Assembly: GCA_963666515.2 (NCBI GenBank)
Contig: OY762897.2
Span: 2,944,001-3,008,000 of the forward strand
Direction of reading: 5' to 3'
DNA from: Candidatus Binatia bacterium
GTDB taxonomy: Bacteria; Desulfobacterota; Binatia; UBA9968; JAJDTQ01
DNA length: 64,000 nt
Shown: positions 9,166 to 19,058 of the stretch, piece after piece
Layout: every line of letters starts with the position of its first letter
Numbering within the stretch: the first letter of the stretch is position 1
The notes under the pieces: model-generated
The model's input: the letters and a program-made list of their open reading frames with translations, nothing else
Told to the model about the DNA's origin: nothing
Databases searched by the model: none
Program-made: the position numbers and the translations under genes

Positions 9166-10029
9166 TTACGGCTCGCGCCCTCCCAGTATCCTGTTGTCGA
9201 TGAGGCGGGCCTCGCCCACCCAGGCGCACAGCGCCAGCAGCGTGGGGCCGTTCACCTCTTCCACCGGATGCAGTTCCCCGGGGTCGCAGAGGTCGGCGTA
9301 CTCCAGCCGGACCAGGGATTGGCGGGATATCTCCTCCACCACGGCCTCCCGGATCCGCCGGGCCGCGGTCTCGCCGCCGCGCACCAGCGCCTCCGCCTTC
9401 GCCAGGGCGCTTTGAAGGCACTGCGCGGCCTCGCGTTCGGCCGGCCCCAGGTAGCGGTTGCGGGAACTCATGGCGACGCCGTCGGGCTCACGCACGGTGG
9501 AGCACTCGACGATGTCCACGTCCACGTTCAGGTCCTCGGTCATCCGCCGGATCACCCGGAGCTGCTGATAGTCCTTCAGCCCGAACACGGCCGCGTGGGG
9601 CCGCACGATGTTGAAGAGCTTAAGCACCACCGTGGCCACGCCGCGGAAATGGCCCGGCCGGTGGGCGCCGCAGAGCGGGCGGCTGACCTCCTCCACGTCC
9701 ACGTAGGTCTGATACCCGCGCGGGTACACGTCCTCGGCCGCGGGATTGAACAGCAGGTCCACTCCTTCCTCGGTCAGCAGACACACGTCACGCTCCAGGT
9801 CCCGCGGGTAGCTGTCGAAGTCCTCGGAGGGAGCGAACTGCGTCGGGTTGGCGAAGATGGACACCACCAAGGAGTCGCCGTGGCGCCTGCCCTGGCGCAC
9901 GAGGCTCAGGTGGCCTTCGTGCAGGAAGCCCATGGTGGGTACCAGGACGACGCGCTTCCCCTCGCGCCGGGCGTTGCCGCTCCATGCCTGCATTTCGGGG
10001 ACGGCGCGGATGATGGGGAGTGTGTCCAT
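9166..10029 (-). CDS. panC: Pantoate-beta-alanine ligase
   Basis: VPTMGFLHEGH, RPGHFRGVATVV, FGLKDYQQ, AMSSRN; start set at MDTLP. Confidence 0.96.
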   Translation of the reverse strand: MDTLPIIRAVPEMQAWSGNARREGKRVVLVPTMGFLHEGHLSLVRQGRRHGDSLVVSIFANPTQFAPSEDFDSYPRDLERDVCLLTEEGVDLLFNPAAEDVYPRGYQTYVDVEEVSRPLCGAHRPGHFRGVATVVLKLFNIVRPHAAVFGLKDYQQLRVIRRMTEDLNVDVDIVECSTVREPDGVAMSSRNRYLGPAEREAAQCLQSALAKAEALVRGGETAARRIREAVVEEISRQSLVRLEYADLCDPGELHPVEEVNGPTLLALCAWVGEARLIDNRILGGREP

Positions 10030-10063
10030 GGAGCGAGGTTTGGAATGGCGCCCTGGCCCGGGC

Positions 10064-10867
10064 TCACTGGAAGGCGTGCTCCTCCGCCGGGAAGGCCTCC
10101 GTCCGCACCTCTTCCATGTAGCTCTGCACCGCGCCGCCGATGGTGTCCTTGAGGTTGGCGTAGCGTTTGACGAACTTGGGCGTGAAGTCGTCGAACAGGC
10201 CCAGCATGTCGTGGACCACGAGGATCTGCCCGTCGCAGTGCACGCCGGCGCCGATGCCGATGGTGGGAATGGACAGGCGCTGGGTGATCTCCCTGGCAAG
10301 CTGTACCGGAATGCCTTCCAGCACCACCGAGAACGCCCCGGCCTGCTCCACCGCCATGGCGTCGTCGAGGATGGCCCGGGCATCGGCCTCGCCGCGGCCC
10401 TGGATCCGGTAGCCGCCGAACTGGTGCACCGACTGGGGGGTGAGGCCCACGTGGCCCATGACCGGCACGCCCATCTTCACCAGCGCCTCGATGGTGGCGG
10501 CCTGGGTGACGCCTCCTTCCAGCTTGACGGACTCCGCGCCCCCTTCCTGGACCAGCCTGCCGGCGTTGCGCTTGGCGTCGTCCACGCCGAGTTGGAACGT
10601 CATGAACGGCATGTCCGCCACCACCAGGGCGCGCCGCCGTCCCCGGATCACCGCCCGGGTGTGGTAGATGATGTCTTCGACCGTTACCGGCAGCGTGCTG
10701 TCGTGTCCCTGCACCACCGAGCCCAGGGAGTCGCCGACCAGGAGGAGTTGGACGCCGGACTCGTCCAGGATGCGGGCGAAACAGTAGTCATAGGCCGTGA
10801 GGCAGACGATCTTCTCGCCTCGTTCCTTCATGTTCCGTATTTCCGGCACGGTCATTTTCCGTCCCAT
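10064..10867 (-). CDS. panB: 3-methyl-2-oxobutanoate hydroxymethyltransferase
   Basis: [27 protein letters not shown]; AGGAGG ribosome-binding site. Confidence 0.97.
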   Translation of the reverse strand: MGRKMTVPEIRNMKERGEKIVCLTAYDYCFARILDESGVQLLLVGDSLGSVVQGHDSTLPVTVEDIIYHTRAVIRGRRRALVVADMPFMTFQLGVDDAKRNAGRLVQEGGAESVKLEGGVTQAATIEALVKMGVPVMGHVGLTPQSVHQFGGYRIQGRGEADARAILDDAMAVEQAGAFSVVLEGIPVQLAREITQRLSIPTIGIGAGVHCDGQILVVHDMLGLFDDFTPKFVKRYANLKDTIGGAVQSYMEEVRTEAFPAEEHAFQ

Positions 10868-10896
10868 CGGCAATCCTCCTCAAGACGACCCTCAAC

Positions 10897-10926
10897 AAAA
10901 AAGCCTCCCGGACCGATCCGGAAGGC
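10897..10926 (-). terminator. Intrinsic terminator/attenuator in the panB leader
   Basis: GCCTTCCGGA-TCGG-TCCGGGAGGC-TTTTTT, about 30 nt before the panB start. Confidence 0.85.
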
Positions 10927-11007
10927 CATCCCGCTACCGTTGGAGACGATAGGCGCCAGAATGTCTCATCCGTCTCGGTCCGGCTCCCCCGGATCCAAGC
11001 GGCAGTT
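10927..11007 (-). promoter_or_regulatory. pan RNA motif-like cis-regulatory leader
   Basis: AACTGCCGCTTGGATCCG...CGGACCGAGACGG stem plus a second GAGAC...GTCTC stem, upstream of the terminator and panBC; candidate promoter TGGACT-17-TAGTAT at 11086-11114. Confidence 0.7.
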
Positions 11008-11166
11008 CCCGTCCTCCCGGCTCTCCCTTCGTGGAGTCGGCCGGCTCAGCCTGGCCGCTCCGGAGCTTTCCGGAAAGATGGAGGGATACTAGCGCGAAGC
11101 GCGCGGAAAGTCCAGCGTCGATTCGTCTCGTTCGGGACCGAAGTCGCGAGGGGCGGCGCGACCGGT

Positions 11167-12510
11167 TCACGGCAGCTTGTAGGAGCTGTCCTCGATGAGC
11201 CTTCGGAGGTCCTGGCGGAACTCGCCGCGCCACTTGGAGAGGATTACGTCGGCGGGGCACAGCCCTTGCTGCACGAGGTCGCGCAACGCCTTCAGGTGGA
11301 TGGTCTCGTCCTCGCCGCGCTTGTTCAGGGCGCGCTGGCGCACCAGCCCTTCCCAGGCGATGTCGACCATCTCCTTCGCCAGGTCGCCGAGGGAGTAGCG
11401 GCGGAACCGGGCCGCCACGCCGTCCCGGTGAGAGTCGTGATACGCGGTCATCCGCTCGTCGAAAGACCACCCCTTGACCAAGTCCCACGCGGCTCCGAGG
11501 CAGTCGCCGTCGTAGAAGATGCCCTTGATGAGCGCCGGCAGCGCCGGCATCAGCTCCGGCGCCTGGCTGTCGGCGGAGCGGAACTCCATGTAGTGCTTCA
11601 GCCGCACCTCCGGGAACAGCGTGGTCAGATGAAGCTGCCAGTCCGCCATGGTGGCGTGGTGGCCCTGGTGCCCCTGCTCCAGGAAGTGGCGGAACGGAAT
11701 CCCGGTCATGTCCAGGTACTGCCCGTCCCGCGAGATCAGGTACATGGGCACGTCGAGGGCGTACTCCACGTAGTGGTGGAAGGTCGCGTCGGGGGAGAAG
11801 CAGAACTCCAGGAGCCCGCACCGGTCCGGGTCCGTGCGGGTCCAGATGTGGCCCCGGTAGCTCTTGAAGCCGTTGGGCTTGCCGTCCGAGATCGGCGAGT
11901 TGGCGAACGCTGCGCCGATGACCGGCGCCAGACCCATGGCGGTCCGCAGCTTGGCCATGCCGTCCTGCTCGTCGCCGTAGTCGATGTTGGCCTGGACGGT
12001 GGCGGTCTGCTTCATCATGCGGTGGCCCAGGGCGCCCACCCTGGCCATGTACGGCCCCATGATGCGATAGCGCCGCTTGGGCAGCCACTCGATCTCGTCG
12101 ACGCGGCTGAAGGGCTGGATCCCCAGACCCAGGAATACCACGTCGAACCGGCCGGCCACGTCGATCAATTCGCGGATGTGCTGGGAGAACTCGGCGTTGC
12201 TGCAGTGAATGTCGTCGCAGGGTTCCCCGCTCAACTCGATCTGCCCCCCGGGCTCCAGGGTGACGGCGTGGTTGCCGCGCTTCAGCCCGATGATGAAGCC
12301 TTCTTCCTCCTGCGGCTCCCAGCCGTAGTCGCTCACCAGGCCTTCGAGGATGATCCGCACGCCGCGCGGCCCGGAATAGGAAAGCGCCCTGGCCGTGTCC
12401 CGCTCGATGCCCACCTTCTCGTACTCGGTGCCCACGCGCCACTGCTCTCGGGGCTTGCCGGAGTCGTGGAAGAAGGCTTCCAACTCGTTCTGTCGCTCGA
12501 TCACGGACAT
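11167..12510 (-). CDS. gshA: Glutamate-cysteine ligase (GCS2/plant-like family)
   Basis: VGTEYEK, TLEPGGQIELSG, TATVQANID, FANSP, HLTTLFPEVRLK, EFRSAD. Confidence 0.92.
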   Translation of the reverse strand: MSVIERQNELEAFFHDSGKPREQWRVGTEYEKVGIERDTARALSYSGPRGVRIILEGLVSDYGWEPQEEEGFIIGLKRGNHAVTLEPGGQIELSGEPCDDIHCSNAEFSQHIRELIDVAGRFDVVFLGLGIQPFSRVDEIEWLPKRRYRIMGPYMARVGALGHRMMKQTATVQANIDYGDEQDGMAKLRTAMGLAPVIGAAFANSPISDGKPNGFKSYRGHIWTRTDPDRCGLLEFCFSPDATFHHYVEYALDVPMYLISRDGQYLDMTGIPFRHFLEQGHQGHHATMADWQLHLTTLFPEVRLKHYMEFRSADSQAPELMPALPALIKGIFYDGDCLGAAWDLVKGWSFDERMTAYHDSHRDGVAARFRRYSLGDLAKEMVDIAWEGLVRQRALNKRGEDETIHLKALRDLVQQGLCPADVILSKWRGEFRQDLRRLIEDSSYKLP

Positions 12511-12547
12511 CGTGCGGGTCCCGAAAACACCGTGCCGCCCGGCGCGC

Positions 12548-13585
12548 CTAGCGCGCGCAGACCTCCCGCAGACTCTTCCGGTAGGGCGCGGTGACCACCG
12601 CCTTCTCCGTGATGATGGCCGAGACCAGCGAATGATCGGTTACGTCGAAGGCCGGGTTCAGGATATTCACCCCGTCCGGGGCGATGCGGCTCCCGCCGAT
12701 GTGAGTGACCTCATCGTCGCTGCGCTGCTCGATGGGTATGTCGGCCCCGGACGGACAGCCCAGGTCCACGGTGGAGGTGGGGCACGCCACGTAGAAGGGG
12801 ACGCGGTGCCTTCGGGCCAGCACCGCCACCGTGTAGGTGCCGATCTTGTTGGCCACGTCACCGTTGGCGGCCACACGGTCCGCTCCCACCACCACGGCGT
12901 CGACGCGGTTCTGCTTCATCACGTAACCCATCATGTTGTCGGTGATGAGGGTTACCGGGATGTCCTCCTTGCGCAACTCCCAGGCCGTCAGCCGGGCGCC
13001 CTGCAGGAAAGGGCGGGTCTCGTCCACGAACACTTCGTCGATGGCCGCGCCGGATTCCTTCATCGCCCGCAGCACCCCCAGGGCGGTGCCGTAGCCGGCG
13101 GTGGCCAGGGCGCCGGCGTTGCAGTGGGTCAGAATGCGCCGGGAGTCCTTCAGCAGAGCGGCGCCGAAGCCGCCGAGCCTGCGGTTGGCGGCGATGTCGT
13201 CCTCGTAGATATCCAGGGCCTCTTCCTCCAGCCGCCGCTTCAGCGACTCCAGATCGCCGTTCCTGTTCTCCTCGTAGACCCGCCGCATGCGCGCCAGCGC
13301 CCAATGAAGGTTCACCGCGGTGGGCCGGGTGTCTTCCAGGGTGCGGAAAACCCGTTCCATGATCGACTCGACGGACTTGGGATGCCTGATGCGGTACGCC
13401 CCCAGGGCGACGCCCATGGCCGCGGCGACGCCGATGGCAGGAGCGCCGCGAACGACCATGGTGCGGATCGCCTGGGCAACCTGCCGGTAGGTGCGGCAGA
13501 CCCGGTACTCCTCCTTGCGGGGGAGCCGCCGCTGGTCGATGAGGCTCACCTCGCCGGGCCGCCATTGAATCGTCCGTACGTTCAT
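12548..13585 (-). CDS. mtnA: S-methyl-5-thioribose-1-phosphate isomerase
   Basis: [47 protein letters not shown]. Confidence 0.96.
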   Translation of the reverse strand: MNVRTIQWRPGEVSLIDQRRLPRKEEYRVCRTYRQVAQAIRTMVVRGAPAIGVAAAMGVALGAYRIRHPKSVESIMERVFRTLEDTRPTAVNLHWALARMRRVYEENRNGDLESLKRRLEEEALDIYEDDIAANRRLGGFGAALLKDSRRILTHCNAGALATAGYGTALGVLRAMKESGAAIDEVFVDETRPFLQGARLTAWELRKEDIPVTLITDNMMGYVMKQNRVDAVVVGADRVAANGDVANKIGTYTVAVLARRHRVPFYVACPTSTVDLGCPSGADIPIEQRSDDEVTHIGGSRIAPDGVNILNPAFDVTDHSLVSAIITEKAVVTAPYRKSLREVCAR

Positions 13586-13620
13586 GTCCGGTCTCTCGAA
13601 AAACTCGAAGAAACAACTCG

Positions 13621-13648
13621 AATATAGTACGCAGAGGACGGCGGTCAA
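13621..13648 (-). promoter_or_regulatory. Putative sigma70 promoter of mtnA-gshA
   Basis: TTGACC-16 nt-TATATT. Confidence 0.55.
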
Positions 13649-13741
13649 GGGGCGCTCAAGGACGCTGCCGCACCAGTCGATGCGGGCGCCCTCACCCGGC
13701 CCTCGGCCACCCTCTCCCGGAGGAAGTGGGGCTGGATGCTC

Positions 13742-14971
13742 CTAGTCCATCCGTTTGCGCAGGAACGTCGGGATGTCGAATTCGTCGTCGGCCACCTCGT
13801 CTTCCTTCAGCTCGTAGGTGACCTGTGCCGCGCTCGAATCCTGGCCCTGGTCCCCCGCCGCCCAACTGGGCTCGCCGAACCCGTCGTCCTCCAGAGTGCC
13901 CAGGTGGACGACCTTCTTGCCCCTGGTATCCTTGGTACCCAGCCCCAGCGATCCCTGCTTCTGCGCCGGCGCCTGCCGCTGTTCCGCGGGCGCGGGGACC
14001 GGCTCCCGGACCCCGCCGTCGCCGAACCCGGTGGCGATGACCGTGATCCGAAGCTCCTCCCCGAGCGTTTCGTCGATGACGGCGCCGAAGATGATGGTCG
14101 CGTCGTCGTGGGCTTCACCCTGGATCAGGGTGGCGGCCTCGTTGACCTCGAACAGGCTCATGTCCGGGCCGCCGGTCACGTTGATCAGGACGCCGCGGGC
14201 GCCGTTGATGGAAACGTCCTCCAGCAACGGACTGGAGATGGCCTGCTGGGCCGCCTCCAGCGCGCGGTTCTCGCCCGAAGCGACGGCCGCTCCCATGAGG
14301 GCGAATCCCATTTCCTTCATCACCGTGCGGACGTCCGCAAAGTCGAGGTTGATCAGCCCGGGCGTCACGATGAGGTCGGCGATGCCCCGGACCGCCTGCT
14401 TCACCACGCTGTCGGCCACCTTGAAGGTCTCCAGCAGGGTCGTGGACTTGCCGGCGATGCTGAGGAGCCGCTGGTTCGGGATGACCACGAGGGTATCCAC
14501 CTTCTCCTTGAGTTCCCGGATCCCTTCCTCCGCCTGTTGCATGCGCCGCTTCCCTTCGAAGATGAAGGGTTTGGTCACCACGCCGACGGTGAGCGCGCCC
14601 ACTTCCCGCGCCACGCTGGCGATGACCGGCGCGCCGCCGGTGCCCGTGCCTCCGCCCATGCCGGCGGTGATGAAGATCATGTCCGCGCCCGAAAGGTATT
14701 CGCGGATGCGCTCCTTGTCCTCCATCGCCGCGCGCCGGCCCACGTCGGGGTTGGCGCCGGCGCCGAGTCCCTTGGTCAGGGAGTCGCCGATCTGTATCTT
14801 GATCTCCGCCCTGCTGGCGTCCAGCGCCTGGCTGTCCGTGTTGGCCACGATGAAATCCACACCCTTGAGCCCTTCCTCGATCATGGTGTTGATCGCATTG
14901 CCGCCGCCGCCGCCGATGCCGATGGCCTTGATCCGCGCACCGGAATCAATCGGTTCCACCATCTCGAACAT
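13742..14971 (-). CDS. ftsZ: Cell division protein FtsZ
   Basis: [25 protein letters not shown]-terminal DIPTFLRK. Confidence 0.99.
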   Translation of the reverse strand: MFEMVEPIDSGARIKAIGIGGGGGNAINTMIEEGLKGVDFIVANTDSQALDASRAEIKIQIGDSLTKGLGAGANPDVGRRAAMEDKERIREYLSGADMIFITAGMGGGTGTGGAPVIASVAREVGALTVGVVTKPFIFEGKRRMQQAEEGIRELKEKVDTLVVIPNQRLLSIAGKSTTLLETFKVADSVVKQAVRGIADLIVTPGLINLDFADVRTVMKEMGFALMGAAVASGENRALEAAQQAISSPLLEDVSINGARGVLINVTGGPDMSLFEVNEAATLIQGEAHDDATIIFGAVIDETLGEELRITVIATGFGDGGVREPVPAPAEQRQAPAQKQGSLGLGTKDTRGKKVVHLGTLEDDGFGEPSWAAGDQGQDSSAAQVTYELKEDEVADDEFDIPTFLRKRMD

Positions 14972-15066
14972 TGCACTTCCTCCTTTTGTCCCCTGGCAAG
15001 CCGTCGTTGCCGTCTCGCCCCTGTCGTTTCATCGGGAGCGGACCCAGTCCGTTCCCGCCTTTTTCC

Positions 15067-16296
15067 CTAGAAGAATTCCTTGAACCACTCCGTCATGCGG
15101 CCCCGGACCTTGTAGAACAGGTGGTCGTTGTCGCGGATCCGGAACAGGTTCCTGTCCTGCTGTCCGAGGCCGTACAGGAGCAGCCCGGTGCCGGTGGCGT
15201 AGACCGGACTGGACACCACGTCCACCAATCCCGTGATGTTGGCGGGCAGGCCCTGGCGCACCGGCACGTTGAAGATCCGCTCCGCCATCTCGATGATCCC
15301 GGGCAGGAGCGTGGAGCCGCCGGTCATCACGACGCCCGACACCAGGAAGTCCTCGCAACCGGACTTGGCGATCTCCCGCTGCACCAGGTGGAAGATCTCC
15401 TCCAGGCGCGGCTCGATGATCTCGCACAGGATCTGACGCGACACCGAGCGCGGGCTCCGCCCCCCCACGCTGGGCACTTCCAGCGTCTCGTTGCGGTTGG
15501 CCACGTCGGTCTCCACGCACCCGTAGCGCTGCTTCAACTGCTCCGCGGCCGCCATCGGCGCATGCAGGCCGGCGGCGATGTCGCCGGTGAGGTGGTTCCC
15601 TCCCACGCTCAGCACCGCGGTGTGCTTGACCGAGCCGCCGTGGAACAGCGCGATGTCGGTGGTGCCGCCGCCCATGTCCACCAGCGCCACCCCCACCTCC
15701 TTCTCTTCCTGGGTCAGGGTGGCGTCCGCGGACGCCAGCGGCTCGAGCACGAAGTCCGCCACGTTGAGCCCGGACCGATTGCAGCACTTGATGACGTTCT
15801 GTGCCGCGGCCACGGCGCCGGTGACGATGTGCACGCTGGCCTCGAGCCGCACCCCGGCCATGCCCCGGGGCTCCTGGATGCCGCCCTGGCCGTCGAGGGC
15901 GAATTCCTGCGGCAACACGTGGAGCACCTCCCGGTCCATGGGGATGGCCACCGCCTTGGCGGCGTCGATGACCCGGTCCACGTCGGCGTCGGTCACTTCC
16001 CGGTTCTTGACCGCCACGACGCCGTGGCTGTTGAACCCGCGGACGTGGCCGCCGGCGATGCCGGCGAAGACGGTGTTGATCTCGCAGCCGGCCATGATCT
16101 CGGCCTCCTCCACCGCCTTCTTGATGCCTTCCATGGTGGCCTCGACGTTGATCACCACGCCCTTCCGCAAGCCGCGCGACGGGTGTATCCCGACCCCCAC
16201 CACCTCCGGCCCCTGCTCGGTCTGCTCTCCCACCACCGCGCAGATCTTGTGGGTCCCGATATCGAGCCCGACAACGACGTTGGTCTTCTTAGCCAT
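15067..16296 (-). CDS. ftsA: Cell division protein FtsA
   Basis: GLDIGTHKI, VDMGGGTTD, VMTGGS; position in dcw cluster. Confidence 0.98.
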   Translation of the reverse strand: MAKKTNVVVGLDIGTHKICAVVGEQTEQGPEVVGVGIHPSRGLRKGVVINVEATMEGIKKAVEEAEIMAGCEINTVFAGIAGGHVRGFNSHGVVAVKNREVTDADVDRVIDAAKAVAIPMDREVLHVLPQEFALDGQGGIQEPRGMAGVRLEASVHIVTGAVAAAQNVIKCCNRSGLNVADFVLEPLASADATLTQEEKEVGVALVDMGGGTTDIALFHGGSVKHTAVLSVGGNHLTGDIAAGLHAPMAAAEQLKQRYGCVETDVANRNETLEVPSVGGRSPRSVSRQILCEIIEPRLEEIFHLVQREIAKSGCEDFLVSGVVMTGGSTLLPGIIEMAERIFNVPVRQGLPANITGLVDVVSSPVYATGTGLLLYGLGQQDRNLFRIRDNDHLFYKVRGRMTEWFKEFF

Positions 16297-16334
16297 GTAT
16301 CTTCCCGCCTCTTTCGTTGCTCCCGTACATCGGA

Positions 16335-17174
16335 TCAGGCCCTTCCCCTCCGGCGCGCCACCACCCGCCCGCTGAAGCTCAGGTCAACCGCCCGGAAACG
16401 GACCTCCCGTCCCTGGAACTCCTTCAGGAACCACTGCAACCGGCTCAGCTTCCCGTCCCAGTCGCCCCAGCCCATGTGGAACGGCACCGGGTAGGAAACC
16501 GGATAGAGGACGACGCCGCCGCCGGGCTGGAAACGGATCTCGGACACGCCAAGAGCGGTCCGCTCCACCGTCCGTCCCAGGGCCACGGCCTGCGACAGCT
16601 TCTTCCGCGTGGCCGGCTCCCGCGGCGGAAGCTGCGCGGCCCGCAGGCCGGTGATGAAGGGAAAGTCCACGGACTCCTCTTCGTCGAGGGCCTTGAAGAT
16701 CACGCCGCCGTCGGACACGTAGTACAGCTTGTCCAGGGCGACGATGGCCGCAGGGCTCCATTCCTCGATGGTGATCACCAGGCGCGCCGGCAGTTCCCGC
16801 CGTATCAGCACCGTCTTGACCCAAGGATGCCGCCGCACCCGCTCCTCCAACTCGGTGGGGTCGATGCTCCAGATCCGGGTGTGCGCCCCCAGCCCCGACA
16901 TCACCACGATGTCCGCGCCCTTGACCTTCTCCGCCCCCAGCACCTTGACCTCCCGGATGGCGAAATAGGGGTGCGCCAGAAAGAAGCCCGAAGCCTTCCG
17001 GGCCGCGGTCTTCACGCCGCCGGCGGCGTTTTCCAGCGACCACCGCGCGTGGCGGTAGATCTCCGCGGCGTATCCGAGGCACAGCCACCCGAGCAGCACC
17101 AGCGCGCACAGCGCCGCCAACGGTCTCGCGCGACGGCCGCCGGCCTTGACCCACCGGATCAAGCGCTCATCCAT
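16335..17174 (-). CDS. ftsQ: Cell division protein FtsQ/DivIB
   Basis: Single TM, POTRA-like PWVKTVLIRRELP, C-terminal VDLSF; between ddl and ftsA. Confidence 0.9.
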   Translation of the reverse strand: MDERLIRWVKAGGRRARPLAALCALVLLGWLCLGYAAEIYRHARWSLENAAGGVKTAARKASGFFLAHPYFAIREVKVLGAEKVKGADIVVMSGLGAHTRIWSIDPTELEERVRRHPWVKTVLIRRELPARLVITIEEWSPAAIVALDKLYYVSDGGVIFKALDEEESVDFPFITGLRAAQLPPREPATRKKLSQAVALGRTVERTALGVSEIRFQPGGGVVLYPVSYPVPFHMGWGDWDGKLSRLQWFLKEFQGREVRFRAVDLSFSGRVVARRRGRA

Positions 17175-18150
17175 GGGCCACCTCCCGCGGCGGCCCGCCT
17201 TTCGAGCCCGCGGCCCGGTTCTTCAAGGCGGCGAGGTCGAGGATCCGCTCGACCAGCTCCCCGAAGCCGATGCCCGCTCCCGCAGCCATCTCCGGCAAGA
17301 GGCTCAGGGGGGTCATCCCCGGCAGCGTGTTGACCTCCAGGGCGTACAGCCGCCGTTCGGGCGAGACCCGGAAGTCCACCCGGGGGGCGCCTTCACACCC
17401 CAGCACGGCGCAGGCCCTGGCGGCCAGCCGCATGGCCTTGCGGTAGAGCGGACCCGGCAGCGGCGCCGGAAAGACGTGGGAGGCCATGCCCGAGGTGTAC
17501 TTGGTCTTGAAGTCGTAGAAGCCCTTCTTCGGCCTTATCTCGGTGACCCCCAGCGGCTCGCCGTTGAGGATCCCCACGGTGATTTCCTTGCCCGCCACGT
17601 AGCGCTCCACCAGCGCGTCCCGGTCGAATCTGCACGCCTCCGACACGGCCCGCGCCATGTCGCGGCGGCGGCGCACGATGGTGACGCCGATGCTGGAGCC
17701 CTCGGCCCGCGGCTTGACCACCACCGGCAGCGGCAGCGCCGACTCCTTCCAGCGGTCCCCGGCCACCACTTCGTAGGGCGGCGTGGGAATGCGGTTGCGC
17801 ACCAGCACCTGCTTGGCCAGCACCTTGTCCATGCACACCGCGGAGGCGGTGGCCCCCGAGCCGGTGTAGGGAATCCCCATGACCTCCAGCAGCCCCTGCA
17901 CGCAGCCATCCTCGCCGATCTTGCCGTGAAGCGCGTTGAAGACCACGTCGATCCGCCGCCTGCGGAGCTGCGCCGGCAGGTCCGATCCCGCGTCGATGAG
18001 AGACACCCCCCGGTAGCCGCGCCCGCGCAAGGCGCCGGCCACCTCCCGGCCCGATACCAGCGACACCTCACGCTCCGCCGAAGGGCCGCCGTACAGGACG
18101 CCTACGCGCCGGCTGCGATGCGTTCCCTGCCCCATGCTCATTGCGGCCAC
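17167..18150 (-). CDS. ddl: D-alanine-D-alanine ligase
   Basis: GGPSAEREVSL, ALHGKIGEDG, EVNTLPGMT; exact start uncertain. Confidence 0.96.
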   Translation of the reverse strand: MAAMSMGQGTHRSRRVGVLYGGPSAEREVSLVSGREVAGALRGRGYRGVSLIDAGSDLPAQLRRRRIDVVFNALHGKIGEDGCVQGLLEVMGIPYTGSGATASAVCMDKVLAKQVLVRNRIPTPPYEVVAGDRWKESALPLPVVVKPRAEGSSIGVTIVRRRRDMARAVSEACRFDRDALVERYVAGKEITVGILNGEPLGVTEIRPKKGFYDFKTKYTSGMASHVFPAPLPGPLYRKAMRLAARACAVLGCEGAPRVDFRVSPERRLYALEVNTLPGMTPLSLLPEMAAGAGIGFGELVERILDLAALKNRAAGSKGGPPREVAHG

Positions 18151-19058
18151 TCCCCGGCGAAACGGACCTCGGTCTGCAAGGTCACGGAGAACCGGCGCTC
18201 CACCTCGCGGCCCACCTGCTCGATCAGCCGGCGGACGTCCCGGGCGCTGGCGCCGCCGAGGTTGACGATGAAGTTGGCGTGCCGCGGGGACACCTCGGCC
18301 GCGCCCACGCGCAGCCCCTTGAGCCCCGACGCCTCGATCAGCCTTCCGGCGTAGTCTCCCGGCGGATTGCGGAAGACCGATCCGAAGTTCGGGTGCCCGG
18401 ACGGCTGGCTCTCCCTGCGCCGGGCCATGATGGCCCGCATGCGTCCATCCACCGCCTCCGGCGTCTCCGGCGTCAGCGCCATGCCGACGCGGGTGACGAT
18501 GGCCCCCTCGGGCAGCCGCGCCTGGCGATAGGAGAACCGCAGCTCGTCGCGTCCCAAGGCCAGCGGCTCACCGGCTGCGGTCATGGCATCAACCCTGCTC
18601 ACGACCCGCTCCATTTCCGATCCATAGGCGCCGGCGTTCATCACCAGCGAGCCGCCCACGCTGCCGGGAATGCCCTCGGCGAACTCCAGCCCGCCCAGCC
18701 CGCGGCGCACCGCCTCCCGCACCAGCCGGCTCACCGCCAGGGCGGCGCCCACGTCGGCCCCGGCCGCGTGCGCATGCCAGCGCACCCTGCGGAACTCTCC
18801 CCGCAGCCGCAGCACCGCGCCGCGCACGCCCCGGTCGCTGACCAGCAGGTTGCTGCCGTTGCCCAGCAGCAATACCGGCACGCCGCGGCCCTCCAGGACC
18901 CGCAGGCAGGCGGCCAGGCCCCGGCTCGTGTGCGCCTCGACGAAATAGTCCGCGGGGCCGCCGACCTTGAAGGAGGTGTAGCGGGCCAACGGCTCGCGCA
19001 CCTTGACCGAGGCGCCGGCGATGCGGCTCAACTCCCCGCTCAACCGGTCGGCCGTCAT
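18138..19058 (-). CDS. murB: UDP-N-acetylmuramate dehydrogenase
   Basis: GNGSNLL, GIPGSVGG, MNAGAYG, GSVFRNP, HANFIVN. Confidence 0.97.
   Translation of the reverse strand: MTADRLSGELSRIAGASVKVREPLARYTSFKVGGPADYFVEAHTSRGLAACLRVLEGRGVPVLLLGNGSNLLVSDRGVRGAVLRLRGEFRRVRWHAHAAGADVGAALAVSRLVREAVRRGLGGLEFAEGIPGSVGGSLVMNAGAYGSEMERVVSRVDAMTAAGEPLALGRDELRFSYRQARLPEGAIVTRVGMALTPETPEAVDGRMRAIMARRRESQPSGHPNFGSVFRNPPGDYAGRLIEASGLKGLRVGAAEVSPRHANFIVNLGGASARDVRRLIEQVGREVERRFSVTLQTEVRFAGEWPQ

Noticed and set aside
13689-13731. ccctcacccggccctcggccaccctctccc element after ftsZ
   Set aside because: Resembles another REP-like family but is single and degenerate in this window
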